Source: Candidatus Thorarchaeota archaeon
GTDB lineage: Archaea > Asgardarchaeota > Thorarchaeia > Thorarchaeales > Thorarchaeaceae
Assembly (NCBI GenBank): GCA_046758445.1
Contig: JBHIAE010000005.1
Location: forward strand, 32,001 to 96,000
Direction of reading: 5' to 3'
DNA: 64,000 bases
Of this stretch, positions 27,437-37,821 are shown piece by piece. The notes beneath the pieces are model-generated. The model was not told where the DNA came from. It did no database searches and was given only the letters and a program-made list of their open reading frames with translations. The stretch's first letter is position 1, and the number at the start of each line of letters is the position of its first letter. The translations under genes and the position numbers were made by a program.

Positions 27437-28666
27437 CTACCGCCTATCCCTGACAAGGAGTGGTAGGATGCCTATGAAGACAACAATCGCGAGAACGGTG
27501 CACATCAGATATGGAAGTGATCCGCTTACATCCATGAGCCATCCTCCGACAATTGGACCTAGGAACAATCCCACACCCCCCATACTCTCCACAAGTCCAG
27601 CATGAGCTCCCTTCTCCACATCCGTTGCGGAAACTATCAGATAGAGTGCACCGAGATAACCGAAGCCGACTGCGACACCGGATAAGGACATTGCAAGGAC
27701 ATAGACTAGCATGTCAACAAACACGTAGAGCAACGAACAGGAGATTGCAGACAGTGCGGCACCTGTGGCAATGACAGCACCCATCATCCGTTCTGGTAGT
27801 CTTGCACAGATGATGAACGTTACAGTCCGAACTCCATTCCAAGTCAGTAGAAGCGTTCCCCAGTCTTCACTCACAAATCCTGGGAAACTCTCAACATAGG
27901 ATGGAAACAGTACAAGAATGACTGTGGATACAACTCCCCAAAGCATCACTGACAGGTATGAAGCGATGAACCTGGGGCTTGTCTTGGAAGGTCTTGCGGC
28001 CTCTAGCTTAGCTTCCGTAATCTTTGAAGAATCAGTCAGAGCAATAGATTTCCGGCGGTATCCCTGCAAGAATCCACCGATTATGCCAAGCGAAACTAGC
28101 TCGATGGCGATGACGACATAGATGCTCGCCATGGGGCCATAGAAACCCTGTGTGTATGCAATGGCAATTGGGCTGAATATCATTCCTGCACTCCAGGATG
28201 TTGAGAAATTGCCTAGGACCTCACATTCGGCCTCTGGTGTGAGCTCGGCAACCATCCCCTCTACTGAGGGGATAATGAAACCGTACACGAATCCCTCAAG
28301 AGCTCGAATGAGGATTAGGTAGAGAGGAGAGGAAAAGGGATTCAAATACAAAGTAATGACGCCCATGTAAGCAATCGTCGCAATTACGAGAGACCTCTTT
28401 CTTCCTACTCTGTCCGAGAAGCGTCCTCCTATCGCAGGAAACAGCATGTAGACGACTCCAAATGAGCCCATAGTCCAACCTAGCTCGAAGCTCGAGCCCC
28501 CAAGTATGTCCGCATACCAAGGTGCGAATATCTCAGGAGTGCCAATTGAGAAAGTTACAAGGAATGTGGTCAGGTATGCGACGAGTCTGTTCCTTCTCTT
28601 TGCAGCCGCCGGCAGATCTGTTTCGGCAGAATCGTCTAGGCAGAAGGGCTCTTGTAGATGGACCAT
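27437..28666 (-). CDS. MFS transporter
   Basis: Motif A GRFSDRVGRKR, RALEG, about 12 TM segments; probable ATG start at 28666. Confidence 0.88.
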   Translation of the reverse strand: MVHLQEPFCLDDSAETDLPAAAKRRNRLVAYLTTFLVTFSIGTPEIFAPWYADILGGSSFELGWTMGSFGVVYMLFPAIGGRFSDRVGRKRSLVIATIAYMGVITLYLNPFSSPLYLILIRALEGFVYGFIIPSVEGMVAELTPEAECEVLGNFSTSWSAGMIFSPIAIAYTQGFYGPMASIYVVIAIELVSLGIIGGFLQGYRRKSIALTDSSKITEAKLEAARPSKTSPRFIASYLSVMLWGVVSTVILVLFPSYVESFPGFVSEDWGTLLLTWNGVRTVTFIICARLPERMMGAVIATGAALSAISCSLLYVFVDMLVYVLAMSLSGVAVGFGYLGALYLIVSATDVEKGAHAGLVESMGGVGLFLGPIVGGWLMDVSGSLPYLMCTVLAIVVFIGILPLLVRDRR

Positions 28667-28711
28667 TATCTGTTCTCCATGACATGCCTCTCTGTGCACT
28701 GAGGTCTCTGT

Positions 28712-29725
28712 CTAGCCCAGCTGCGGGGCAACTTTCTCTCCTATGACCTTGGCTGTTTCTATCGGGTCCGTACCAGGGACAGGAAACGCCACCGGTGTGT
28801 TAGCACCTGCATCAACTATCTCTCGAATCTGCTTGATACAAGATTCCACGTCTCCAACCACACAGAGTGACTGAACCATCTTGTCGGTTATGAGCTCAGA
28901 GAGGAGGTCGTCTTTTCCCTTTTCAACTGCCTGCCTGAAAGCTTCGGTGTCCTCGGCCTTAACACCTGCGTGCTCCATAAGTGGCCCACCTGCCTGCGAA
29001 TGTGGGAGATACAGCTTGGAGAACTCTCGGGTAATATTCAACGCCTTGTCTAGGTCCTCGTCAATCACAACAGGGAGGTACGCGACCATCTCGAACTTGT
29101 CCAGCTTGCGGCCTGCGACTTGAGCTCCTTTTGCGACTCTCTCCCATGCGAACTTGATATAGCTGGCAGTTGTGAAGATCGAAGTAATGGCACCGTCCCC
29201 AATCTCTCCTGCGAGTTTCAGTCCCATCTTCCCCTCAAATGCTAGGTAGATGGGCACCTCCTTCCTCACGGGTTCGAAGATGAGCTTCACGTCTTTGCAG
29301 GTATAGTACTTGCCATCGTGGGTGACGCTGCCGCCAGTCATGATCTTACGGATAACTTCAATGCATTCACGAGTTCTAGATATTGGCTTCTTGTCCCAAA
29401 GACCCATCTGATCCATCCAGAACGGGACGCCAGACCCTAGACCAAAGACTGTACGCATGTTGCACATCTCGTCAATCGTGGCAAACTCCATTGCAGCAAG
29501 TGCAGGATGTCGAGAGTAAGGGTTAATGACACCGAGACCAAGTCGGATCTTATCAGTAGCCATTGATGCTGCCGCCATGTAGGGTATACCACCTCTGAAG
29601 AAGTAGTCCTCAGCGAACCAAACAGAACCAAGACCGGACTCCTGAGTGGTCTTCGCTAAGTCCACACCTTCTCTGACCGGAAAGACTCCTGTCATGGCCA
29701 TTCCAAACTCTTTGTAACCTTTCAC
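28712..29725 (-). CDS. LLM-class (Mer-like, probably F420-dependent) oxidoreductase
   Basis: VWFAED, LGLGVINPYSRHPA, GLGSG, VPIYLA, LAGEIGDG. Confidence 0.85.
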   Translation of the reverse strand: MKGYKEFGMAMTGVFPVREGVDLAKTTQESGLGSVWFAEDYFFRGGIPYMAAASMATDKIRLGLGVINPYSRHPALAAMEFATIDEMCNMRTVFGLGSGVPFWMDQMGLWDKKPISRTRECIEVIRKIMTGGSVTHDGKYYTCKDVKLIFEPVRKEVPIYLAFEGKMGLKLAGEIGDGAITSIFTTASYIKFAWERVAKGAQVAGRKLDKFEMVAYLPVVIDEDLDKALNITREFSKLYLPHSQAGGPLMEHAGVKAEDTEAFRQAVEKGKDDLLSELITDKMVQSLCVVGDVESCIKQIREIVDAGANTPVAFPVPGTDPIETAKVIGEKVAPQLG

Positions 29726-29779
29726 TTGCGTTTCACCATCCTTGCGAATTGGAAGGACAGAGGGAATGTCTTCCCGCTT

Positions 29780-31699
29780 CTAGGGCAGTTTGCCAATCTT
29801 CTCAAGGTAGTCAGCGACGTCCTTGAGTCCCATCTTCTCATACGTTTCCCGGAAGGGCCAGCTAGTCTTCGGGTCCCATTCATGCAGAGCATAGTATTTG
29901 TCTAACATCTCATCAAGCTCTTCTTGCGAGTTCATCTCTCCCTTGAGTGGACCAGACGCGGCGCCTTCATTCATGAGACGCCATGGGAGATTGTCGTGTT
30001 CCCTAGTGGCACCACGAGTCACGTTGAAAGCCTTCTCAAGTGTCACGACCCTTCGCCCAGTGAACATGAGCTCATCTGCGGTCATTGATATGCCTGTGGC
30101 AGCCTCAAACATACGTGCCATGTTATCTGGGTTGACTCCGTAAGCCGCAGTTGATGTGAACACACAGAAACCGAGAGCCTCCGTGATTTCATAGCAGTCT
30201 TCATGCCATCGTACAATCTCTGCTCTGTATTCGGTGAAGTGAGGAGAGGCCCACTTCTTGTCACCAGTGACCTCCTCAATGACAGCCACAGCCTCTGGAC
30301 TTGCTCCAAACTCAGCAAAGGTTTCCGTCATCAAGTGATCGTTTCCTCGGGGATTGACAGCAAATGCCAGCGCATAGGCCTTCGCAGACCGAGTTTCCAC
30401 GTTCGACTGTTCAAGACCCTTGGCGTTCATGATTGCCCACTTATAGGAGTCTTGACCAACCTTCTCAGCTGCAATCTTGAGTCCATCGCCAAGTAGGTTA
30501 CCCAGCTTGCCTTTGCGCAGGGCCAGGGCCTCAACAGTCTTGAGCGTTTCATCGAGCTTGCCCCATCCCAGATCGAGTCCGTCAGTATCATCCTTGCTGA
30601 GAACGCCTCTCTCGTAGCTCTCGATAGCCCATTGAGCAACAGTTCCCGCGGTAATTGTGTCCAATCCTAGCCGATTGCATAGCTCATTCAGAAGCAGGAC
30701 TCCCTCGGTGTCGATGATACCAGGACCGTTTCCAAGTGCTCCGAAGGTTTCATACTCTGGACCTCCGCTTTGAATTCCCTTGTTGGGTCCCTTCTCGATA
30801 GTGGAGTACCGATGGCAACCTATGGTACAGCCAAAGCATGCCACCCTTCTCTTGAGGTAGCCCAACTCAACCAATGCTTGACCTGTGATTGGATGAACAT
30901 TCTCAGTGTACCCTGTCTGCCAGTTCTTGCCTGGGAATGCATGTAGCTCGTTCACAGCTGCAATTGACCCTGATGTACCGTAGTCATGGAGTCCAATAGC
31001 ACCACTGTCCGCCCTCAGGAGTTCTCTCTGCTCCTTAGCTACCTCTGCGAACTTCTTGGGGTCTTTGACTCTGATGGGCTTGGTTCCCTTAACAGAGATC
31101 GCTTTCAGCTTCTTCTTGCCCATAACTGCGGCACCGCCACCTCTGCCTGCAGCGTGGTAAAGCGAACACTGAATGGAAGAGGCTCGAACAAGCTTCTCAC
31201 CCGCAGGGCCGATATAGAGGCCCTTCGAGTCATTTCCATGCCATTTCTTGAGTAGCATGTCTGTTTCGACGATGTCCTTACCCCACAGCTCTTTCGCGTC
31301 CTTGATTTCGACATGGTCGTCTACGATGTTTATGTAGGATGGCTTGTCGGCGACCCCGTGCACAACTAGGTGGTCGTAACCTGCGAACTTCAGCTCTGCA
31401 CCCCAATGACCACCAGTGTTGCTCTTTAGGTAGAGGCCGGTGGTGCAGCCTACAGTTGTAACCGATGTTCTCCCTGAAGCTGGAGCGGTGGTACCTGTTA
31501 CTGCGCCCGGAGCGAAGATAATGACATTCCTTGGGTCGTCCCATGTTATCTCTGGATCCTTGCAGTAGTTCCACAGGAGTTTTGCATTGATACCTCTGGA
31601 GCCCACGTACATACGTCTCCACTCCTCTGGAATGTACTCCGTCCAGATCTTCTTATTCGAAAGGTCAACGTGTAGTATCTTGCCTTGATGCCCGTACAT
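29780..31699 (-). CDS. Aldehyde:ferredoxin oxidoreductase family (tungstopterin) enzyme
   Basis: SNTGG, ELKFAGYD, IGPAGE, GRGGGAAVMG, CFGCTIGC, GPEYET, GLDTIT, GFCVF. Confidence 0.93.
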   Translation of the reverse strand: MYGHQGKILHVDLSNKKIWTEYIPEEWRRMYVGSRGINAKLLWNYCKDPEITWDDPRNVIIFAPGAVTGTTAPASGRTSVTTVGCTTGLYLKSNTGGHWGAELKFAGYDHLVVHGVADKPSYINIVDDHVEIKDAKELWGKDIVETDMLLKKWHGNDSKGLYIGPAGEKLVRASSIQCSLYHAAGRGGGAAVMGKKKLKAISVKGTKPIRVKDPKKFAEVAKEQRELLRADSGAIGLHDYGTSGSIAAVNELHAFPGKNWQTGYTENVHPITGQALVELGYLKRRVACFGCTIGCHRYSTIEKGPNKGIQSGGPEYETFGALGNGPGIIDTEGVLLLNELCNRLGLDTITAGTVAQWAIESYERGVLSKDDTDGLDLGWGKLDETLKTVEALALRKGKLGNLLGDGLKIAAEKVGQDSYKWAIMNAKGLEQSNVETRSAKAYALAFAVNPRGNDHLMTETFAEFGASPEAVAVIEEVTGDKKWASPHFTEYRAEIVRWHEDCYEITEALGFCVFTSTAAYGVNPDNMARMFEAATGISMTADELMFTGRRVVTLEKAFNVTRGATREHDNLPWRLMNEGAASGPLKGEMNSQEELDEMLDKYYALHEWDPKTSWPFRETYEKMGLKDVADYLEKIGKLP

Positions 31700-31702
31700 T
31701 GT

Positions 31703-32200
31703 CTATGCAGCCTCCTTCCTTATGTCGCGATACATAGCCATTCTTGCCGATCGCAACCTCTTCTTCTGTTTCATCATGTCATCAGTAGCATCCAACCATT
31801 GAATTGCGCCTGGCACACAGTGCTTTGCACAATAGGGATCACCTCCGCAGAGGTCACAGATCAGAACCTTCCCTGTTTCAGGATGCAGTCTAATCCCATT
31901 GTAGGGGCATGAATCGACACATGTTCCACAATCATCACAGGTCTCAGCAAGTACTGTGATAACACCAGTATTCTCGTCTCTTGACAGAGCCCCCTCTGGA
32001 CATGCTTCGATGCACGGATGCGCGTCGCATTGCTCGCACAGAAGCTGTATCCCTAGGGCAATGTCTTCCTTCTTGTAGACCTTGACTCTTCCTCTGTATG
32101 GATCGAATAGGTCTTCCTTAGTCAAAGAACAAGATAGAGAACACTGCTTGCAGCCCGTACACTTTTGCATGTCGACTAACAGCGATTTGGCCATATTCAC
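31703..32200 (-). CDS. 4Fe-4S dicluster (DmsB/HydN-like) electron-transfer subunit of the AOR
   Basis: CTGCKQCSLSC, CEQCDAHPCIEACP, CDDCGTCVDSCP, CDLCGGDPYCAKHC. Confidence 0.9.
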   Translation of the reverse strand: MNMAKSLLVDMQKCTGCKQCSLSCSLTKEDLFDPYRGRVKVYKKEDIALGIQLLCEQCDAHPCIEACPEGALSRDENTGVITVLAETCDDCGTCVDSCPYNGIRLHPETGKVLICDLCGGDPYCAKHCVPGAIQWLDATDDMMKQKKRLRSARMAMYRDIRKEAA

Positions 32201-32525
32201 CAGCGTCCATCGTTTTGAAAGTTAAACTGCGATAGTACCTCAAGAACCGCCATTTTAATCCTGCCATTCTCGTTCTGTCCGACTCGACATATCGAATGGC
32301 GATGATGAGCTTGGCGGCCACAGACTGGGAAACCCTTCTCAGAAAGGCCGTCTCAGGTCCAAATACTACGACTAGGAGCCATATCATGAAGTGAAGGTCA
32401 TTGATAGTCGAAAGATACATCTTGCAGGATGTCTATGCATTGGATGGCATGAGCGATTACACTAGGACGAGATGTAGTTTAAGAAATGCTAGTGCTAGTT
32501 TAAGATTCAGAGAGTAGTGACTTGA

Positions 32526-34730
32526 TTGACTACTAGCTCGGTTCAGATGATTCGAGAGGTCATGAAGGCGAGAGACACTTTAGCAGCAAGTGGTGCAACG
32601 CCCACCCTCGCCAATCTCGTCTTGGAGAGGATGTTCTTCGTCAGACTACTCTCGGCTCTAAGACTTCTACCTGAGAGGGCCCTGTCAGATGCCATATCAG
32701 AAACCAGCCGGTTCAGCCATTTGTTCTCCCTCATAGTAGAAGGAGCCCGGTCGAGGAGTTTCAGCACTCCAAGACGTAGTGCAATAGCAGGTGGAATTCC
32801 AGACCTCCGTCTATTCGTGCCTAAACACGACGGGAACACACCTATTTCTCAATTTGAGCATGATATACTATTGCATTGTGCTGAAACTCTGGACACTATC
32901 GACCTCGGGGTAGCAAACGGAAATGCAGCTGTTGACAGGCGTGTCCTTCTCCTTGGCCTTGTCCATGAGGCCCTCAAGAATCCCAAGGGAAGAAAGAGGA
33001 CGGGAGTATTCTATACTCCCTTTGAGTTGGCAAAGACCATATGCACTCTAAGCCTTGAGTCGTACTTGGAGGACCGTGAGAAGAGTCAAGCCTTGCCGAA
33101 TGGTTCAGTCGATGTGATATCACCGGTGCGCGTGCTCGACAACGCTTGTGGAGGAGGAGTCTTCATCCTGGCGATGCTTGAGAAGTTGATTTCTCTTTCT
33201 TTGCTTCAATCCAAGGACCAGAATCCGTTCTATTCAGTTCTTGACAAGCAGGGAATCGATTCGACTGATCCAGCTTCTGTAGCAGCGTTTGCCGTCGAGC
33301 ATTGCCTGTTCGGAGTGGACCTGGATCGATGTGCGGTGAGTGTGACAGAGGCTCAACTCTGGACAACTGTCGCTTGTCTCAGAGGCAAGTTGCTTGAAGG
33401 GGTCTGTCGCACGAATCTATTCGTCGGGAACTCCCTGCTTTCACAATGGCCTGATGGAACTGAATTCGACATCATTGTGGGAAACCCTCCGTACATGCGA
33501 TTGTCGGCGCTTGATGCTTCAGATAGAGCAGAGCTGAAGGAAAGGTATGCCACCGCCAGAGAATACAACACTCATGCGATATTCATCCAAGCGTCTCTGA
33601 ACAGACTCAAGAAAGGCGGTGTCTTGGGTTATCTCATACACAAGAACCTCCTATCTCTTGATACCTACGCCGGCCTTAGACAGATGCTGCTCACTGAGAA
33701 CAGTCTTAGACACGTTTCTGACTGCGGCGCTGGTGTCTTCAGGAGAGCAACGGCAGAAACTAGCATTTTGGTTCTCAGAAAGGGGAAACAAGAGGCCAAT
33801 TCCAGAGTCGCACTTTCGACCTATGATTCAGACCGGGCCGACTGTGTACCAGGTTTGAATATCACACTACTACAATACCTGGACTTGGTAAGTCCTTGGA
33901 ACCACAGGTTTCTGACACGGATCACCAGAAAGGATGTGGATATACTGGACTCATTGAAGACCCTTCCAAGACTAGAAAGTCTAGCATCAATCAGTAGAGG
34001 CATTGAAACGGGAAGCAACAGGAGATTTGTTTCTTCCAGGCCCGATGATGGTAGGAACTGGCAACCTGTTGCAAGAGGACGGGACATAGCACATTACCGG
34101 GCGGATGTAAGAGTATTTCTGGACTACGACCGAAATCAACTTGCAAAGCCGGGCAGGTCCGGACTGAGGGAGATCCCTAAGGTACTCGTTCAACAGAATG
34201 CCCGAAACCCAATTGCCTGCTATGATTCGGGAGAGTACCTAGCACTCAACTCAGCAACCTACTTGGCTGACGCACCAGAGGACGTTCTCAAGTCTCTCTG
34301 CCTGCTGATTAACTCTCAACTGGTGGCATGGTTCTTTCGGACAGTAATGACCAACAATGCAAAACTGACTGTCAATCTGCTACCCTGCAACCTTGGAGCA
34401 ATCCCTGTGCCTCGGCTAATTGACACGAAACTGCTAGGAGCTCTGTGTGATGTTTTGACATCGCTACGTTTGGCGGTAGAGGATTCTCACTATCCCCATG
34501 GCGTATTCTCCACATGGTATGAAGTCATCGCCGAAGCCACCGTTCTGGATGCTTATCACGAGCATCAGAACCGGACTCGGGCGACAACAGAAGGTGTACG
34601 AGCCCTGCTAGACGACTCTCTTGAGATCTCGGAACTCGCAGACCTCAAGCGCAACACGAGCCTAGTGAAGACGGCCCAGAACACCATCAAAAGGCTGGGT
34701 GTTTCTGCACTATTGAAAGGACTCTCTTGA
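32526..34730 (+). CDS. N6-adenine DNA methyltransferase (Eco57I/TaqI-like, gamma group), orphan
   Basis: GVFYTP, motif I LDNACGGGVF, FGVDLD, motif IV GNPPY, TaqI_C-like region (RGIETG, RGRDI, INSQL). Confidence 0.85.
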   Translation: MTTSSVQMIREVMKARDTLAASGATPTLANLVLERMFFVRLLSALRLLPERALSDAISETSRFSHLFSLIVEGARSRSFSTPRRSAIAGGIPDLRLFVPKHDGNTPISQFEHDILLHCAETLDTIDLGVANGNAAVDRRVLLLGLVHEALKNPKGRKRTGVFYTPFELAKTICTLSLESYLEDREKSQALPNGSVDVISPVRVLDNACGGGVFILAMLEKLISLSLLQSKDQNPFYSVLDKQGIDSTDPASVAAFAVEHCLFGVDLDRCAVSVTEAQLWTTVACLRGKLLEGVCRTNLFVGNSLLSQWPDGTEFDIIVGNPPYMRLSALDASDRAELKERYATAREYNTHAIFIQASLNRLKKGGVLGYLIHKNLLSLDTYAGLRQMLLTENSLRHVSDCGAGVFRRATAETSILVLRKGKQEANSRVALSTYDSDRADCVPGLNITLLQYLDLVSPWNHRFLTRITRKDVDILDSLKTLPRLESLASISRGIETGSNRRFVSSRPDDGRNWQPVARGRDIAHYRADVRVFLDYDRNQLAKPGRSGLREIPKVLVQQNARNPIACYDSGEYLALNSATYLADAPEDVLKSLCLLINSQLVAWFFRTVMTNNAKLTVNLLPCNLGAIPVPRLIDTKLLGALCDVLTSLRLAVEDSHYPHGVFSTWYEVIAEATVLDAYHEHQNRTRATTEGVRALLDDSLEISELADLKRNTSLVKTAQNTIKRLGVSALLKGLS

Positions 34731-35341
34731 TCATGCAGCCGTGCTACGGGTACAATGGTCCAACAAAAACAGAGATAAGACAAGTCTGGGGCCCTCTATG
34801 GGAGATTCCAGTGACCTCAGAACAAGAACCAAGGATGCATCCAGACGAACTAGAAATCGATGCATCAGCCTGGACCAGCAGCGAAGAGATACGTGAATCT
34901 CTCCATGTGATGCTGTCACATCATCCTCCATCCATGTATGGCCATTGTCTTCGAGTATCTTTCCGAGGTCGATCGCTCTATCTCTGTGGTCGCTGCGCTG
35001 GCATCTATACGGGGCTTGGCTTGGGACTCGGTTTCCTGTTCTTAGTCGGGTTCAATCGTGACCCATCATGGTTCTGGTTCTTTGTATCACTTGCGATTGG
35101 GTTCTCAACTGTGGTCGATTGGATCAGTCAGAGACTAACACCTCGGAAGACTACAAACACGATTCGTGCCGCATCCGGCTTTCTCAGCGGTGCTTCGCTT
35201 GCAATGATTCTGTACTTGGCGAACCTGCTCTATATGCTGGTTGCGCTCATAGTAATGGGTACGACCATTGGCGGTGTAGGTTTCATCGAGAACCGAAGAC
35301 GACAGAGGAAGAAGACGACACTGGACGATGATGGCGAGTAG
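34727..35341 (+). CDS. DUF2085-like membrane protein
   Basis: HH...LCGRCAGIYTG, DWISQ, TNTIRAASGFLSG. Confidence 0.7.
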   Translation: MIMQPCYGYNGPTKTEIRQVWGPLWEIPVTSEQEPRMHPDELEIDASAWTSSEEIRESLHVMLSHHPPSMYGHCLRVSFRGRSLYLCGRCAGIYTGLGLGLGFLFLVGFNRDPSWFWFFVSLAIGFSTVVDWISQRLTPRKTTNTIRAASGFLSGASLAMILYLANLLYMLVALIVMGTTIGGVGFIENRRRQRKKTTLDDDGE

Positions 35342-35392
35342 TGCACTTCTTTTTCTACCAAACCATTTTAACGGGGTGACCTCTCACTGCGA

Positions 35393-36541
35393 TTGTGGAA
35401 GAGGATGATTCCAATCGCAGAGCCTATCATTAATGGTAAAGAGATATCGGCGGTAAGTGAAGTCCTTCAGTCGGGTATGCTTGCCGAGGGCAGAGTGTCC
35501 CGCGAGTTTGAACGGAAATTTGCAGAGTACACCGGGACCAAGTACGCTACTGTCACAAACAACGGGACAACTGCCCTGAGTACTGCCTTGGAGGCCATGA
35601 ACATCCAACCCGGTGACGAGGTCATCACTACCCCCTTCACATTCATCGCTTCCGCCAACACAATAGCGATGATTGGGGCTGTTCCTGTCTTTGTCGATGT
35701 CAAACTGGATACATACAATATTGATCCTGATTTGATCGAGGCAGCCATCACAGATAGAACAAGAGCAATCATGCCAGTCCATATCTTCGGCATGCCGTGT
35801 GAAATGAATGCCATCGTGGAGATAGCAGAGAAACACAACCTACTAGTAATCGAGGATGCCTGCCAAGCCCATGGTGCAACTGTAGATGGCAAGATGGTAG
35901 GATCAATTGGACATGTTGGCACCTTCTCATTCTATGCGACCAAGAACCTAATGACTGGTGAGGGTGGCATGATCACCACTAATGATGAAGAGCTATTGGA
36001 TCGTTGTCTAATGATTAAGAACCACGGTAGAGGTCCTGAGGGAGGATATACCCACTACAGAATCGGCTATAACAACCGAATGTTGGATTTCGTTGCCGCG
36101 ATCGGCTCAGTACAACTTGGGCGCATGGGTGAAGTTGTCATGCGTCGCAGAGAGAATGCAAAACTGTATGATGAGTTCTTTGCAGAGTTTGACCAGGCAA
36201 GTCCTCAAGTTACACTCGACGGAATGAAATCCGCTTACCATGTCTATGCGCCTCGACTCTGCACAGAAGCTATCCAGAGAGATCAGCTGGTTCAGAATCT
36301 CAAACAAGAAGGCATTGGGTCCAGACCTGTCTATGCAATTCCATGTCATAGACAAGAAACGTATCGAAGAATATCAGATTGGAGATGGGCCAGATTTGTC
36401 GATTATCCTGACTACTCATCAATTGGCTTGCCAAACTCAGAGGAGATTGCCGCCCAGCACTTCGAGATTCCAGTTCATCCCGGTGTCAGCGAGGAAGACA
36501 TAAGTCACATCGAAGGGACTCTCCGCAAGATGTGGTCGTAG
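35393..36541 (+). CDS. DegT/DnrJ/EryC1/StrS sugar aminotransferase
   Basis: NGTTAL, TPFTFIAS, EDACQAHGA, SFYATKNLMTGEGG, GYNNRM. Confidence 0.93.
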   Translation: MWKRMIPIAEPIINGKEISAVSEVLQSGMLAEGRVSREFERKFAEYTGTKYATVTNNGTTALSTALEAMNIQPGDEVITTPFTFIASANTIAMIGAVPVFVDVKLDTYNIDPDLIEAAITDRTRAIMPVHIFGMPCEMNAIVEIAEKHNLLVIEDACQAHGATVDGKMVGSIGHVGTFSFYATKNLMTGEGGMITTNDEELLDRCLMIKNHGRGPEGGYTHYRIGYNNRMLDFVAAIGSVQLGRMGEVVMRRRENAKLYDEFFAEFDQASPQVTLDGMKSAYHVYAPRLCTEAIQRDQLVQNLKQEGIGSRPVYAIPCHRQETYRRISDWRWARFVDYPDYSSIGLPNSEEIAAQHFEIPVHPGVSEEDISHIEGTLRKMWS

Positions 36542-36658
36542 CCCCTTTACATCTCAATCATCTCGATCTGATTCTAGAAACATGACTGCAGCAAATACGG
36601 CTGAACAAAGGACAAAAGGGGAAGTCTTTGCTGAAGAACTAGTAGGAGCCCAGCTTGC

Positions 36659-37819
36659 ATGAAATCCTTTGTCAATGAACCACGTCGCAGAGGCGGAGTA
36701 GTCAATGAGATCCGACGGCTCGGTGGAAGACGGCGGAGCGACAAGGACCTGAGTTTTGAGATTGGCAAAATGCCACGAAGCATATTGAGTGAGATGCTCG
36801 TGGTCTGTGGAAGAGTCGGTTCTGAAGCTTCTGCAGCCTACGAAGCTAAGGCGAAGGAGCTAGAGGCTGATTTCATCTCCGAAACAGGGCGTTCCTGGGT
36901 CCTTGCCCTAAAGACTCTTCAGAAGAACTACGATCCTGGTACGCATTCTGGAGTCCTGCTAATAGGCACAAACAAAGAGCTCCCAGCCACACAGATCTCA
37001 CATGGAGGTTACTACGGGTTCACTGATTGGTTCATTCAAGATGTTGACGGCGATGGAGCCCCCGATACTCCTGTTGGACGTATATTTGGCCCCCCTGAAA
37101 CGGTTCTTTACCACATGGACCCTATGATAATAGATAGCAATATCGCCGTTGTCTTCGACTCACAGCCGGGGCGTTCCACGCGACATGTGGAAGGCCTGAA
37201 AGAACTAGGATTTGAGGTCGAAGTATTGCGAGAGTTCTCCGAGGAAGACTCTGGATTACTCTCGGTATGTGAGTTCATCCTTCAATTCTCAGATGGAATG
37301 TTTGACATGAGAATCCACGGCACACCGGAGAAGTGGGCATCGCACAACTCAGTCATCCTGGACCACACACAGGCCTCTTCAATCAAGTTTGAAGGATATC
37401 CTGTTGTCTACTCGGAAGCCTGCAGTACTGCACAAGAGGGGCCGCTATTGAGAGCCTTCCTAGATCAAGGGGCCTGCTACATCGGCGCCACTCTGGATAC
37501 GATGAACAACCTGGAGCCCTTTGACGACTGGCGAGAGTGTGCATATGCAGACGGGTGGAAATTCGGGTTCTTGGATCTCCTTGACACACATGAATTGATA
37601 GGAACGGTGAAGATAGGCGTGGACAGAGCCATCTACGACAATCTGGCTGATAGCGTAAAGAGAGAACTAGAGGATGTCAGATCTGGAGAGAACGTTGAGA
37701 TTGCCACAGACAATGCTCTTTCTGCGGCTGAATGGGTCATCTTTGGCAATCCCTTGCGAAGAACAACGGTTGGTCCCCAAGCAGACTTCACGCCTGGCAA
37801 GTTGCTTGTTGACACCTGA
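36659..37819 (+). CDS. Peptidase C25 (gingipain)-like protein, caspase-hemoglobinase fold
   Basis: VLLIG, TDWF..DVDGD.PDTPVGRI, IHG and EACST (His/Cys dyad), YIGAT, IFGNP. Confidence 0.6.
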   Translation: MKSFVNEPRRRGGVVNEIRRLGGRRRSDKDLSFEIGKMPRSILSEMLVVCGRVGSEASAAYEAKAKELEADFISETGRSWVLALKTLQKNYDPGTHSGVLLIGTNKELPATQISHGGYYGFTDWFIQDVDGDGAPDTPVGRIFGPPETVLYHMDPMIIDSNIAVVFDSQPGRSTRHVEGLKELGFEVEVLREFSEEDSGLLSVCEFILQFSDGMFDMRIHGTPEKWASHNSVILDHTQASSIKFEGYPVVYSEACSTAQEGPLLRAFLDQGACYIGATLDTMNNLEPFDDWRECAYADGWKFGFLDLLDTHELIGTVKIGVDRAIYDNLADSVKRELEDVRSGENVEIATDNALSAAEWVIFGNPLRRTTVGPQADFTPGKLLVDT

Positions 37820-37821
37820 TG

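Noticed and set aside
28700-28714. LLM TAG stop is in frame with the MFS ORF
   Set aside because: A one-in-three coincidence; the MFS has its own GGAG and ATG at 28666 and the fusion is implausible
15782-31699. Selenocysteine (in-frame TGA) in the Fe-S or AOR redox enzymes
   Set aside because: These ORFs are full length with ordinary Cys motifs and no interrupted frame
32118-32420. 100-aa minus-strand ORF upstream of the ferredoxin gene
   Set aside because: It overlaps the ferredoxin start in another frame, spans its probable promoter and has no recognisable motif
17571-34730. Mrr-like gene and the methyltransferase as one restriction-modification or defence island
   Set aside because: They are 14 kb apart, separated by metabolic genes, with no mobility genes
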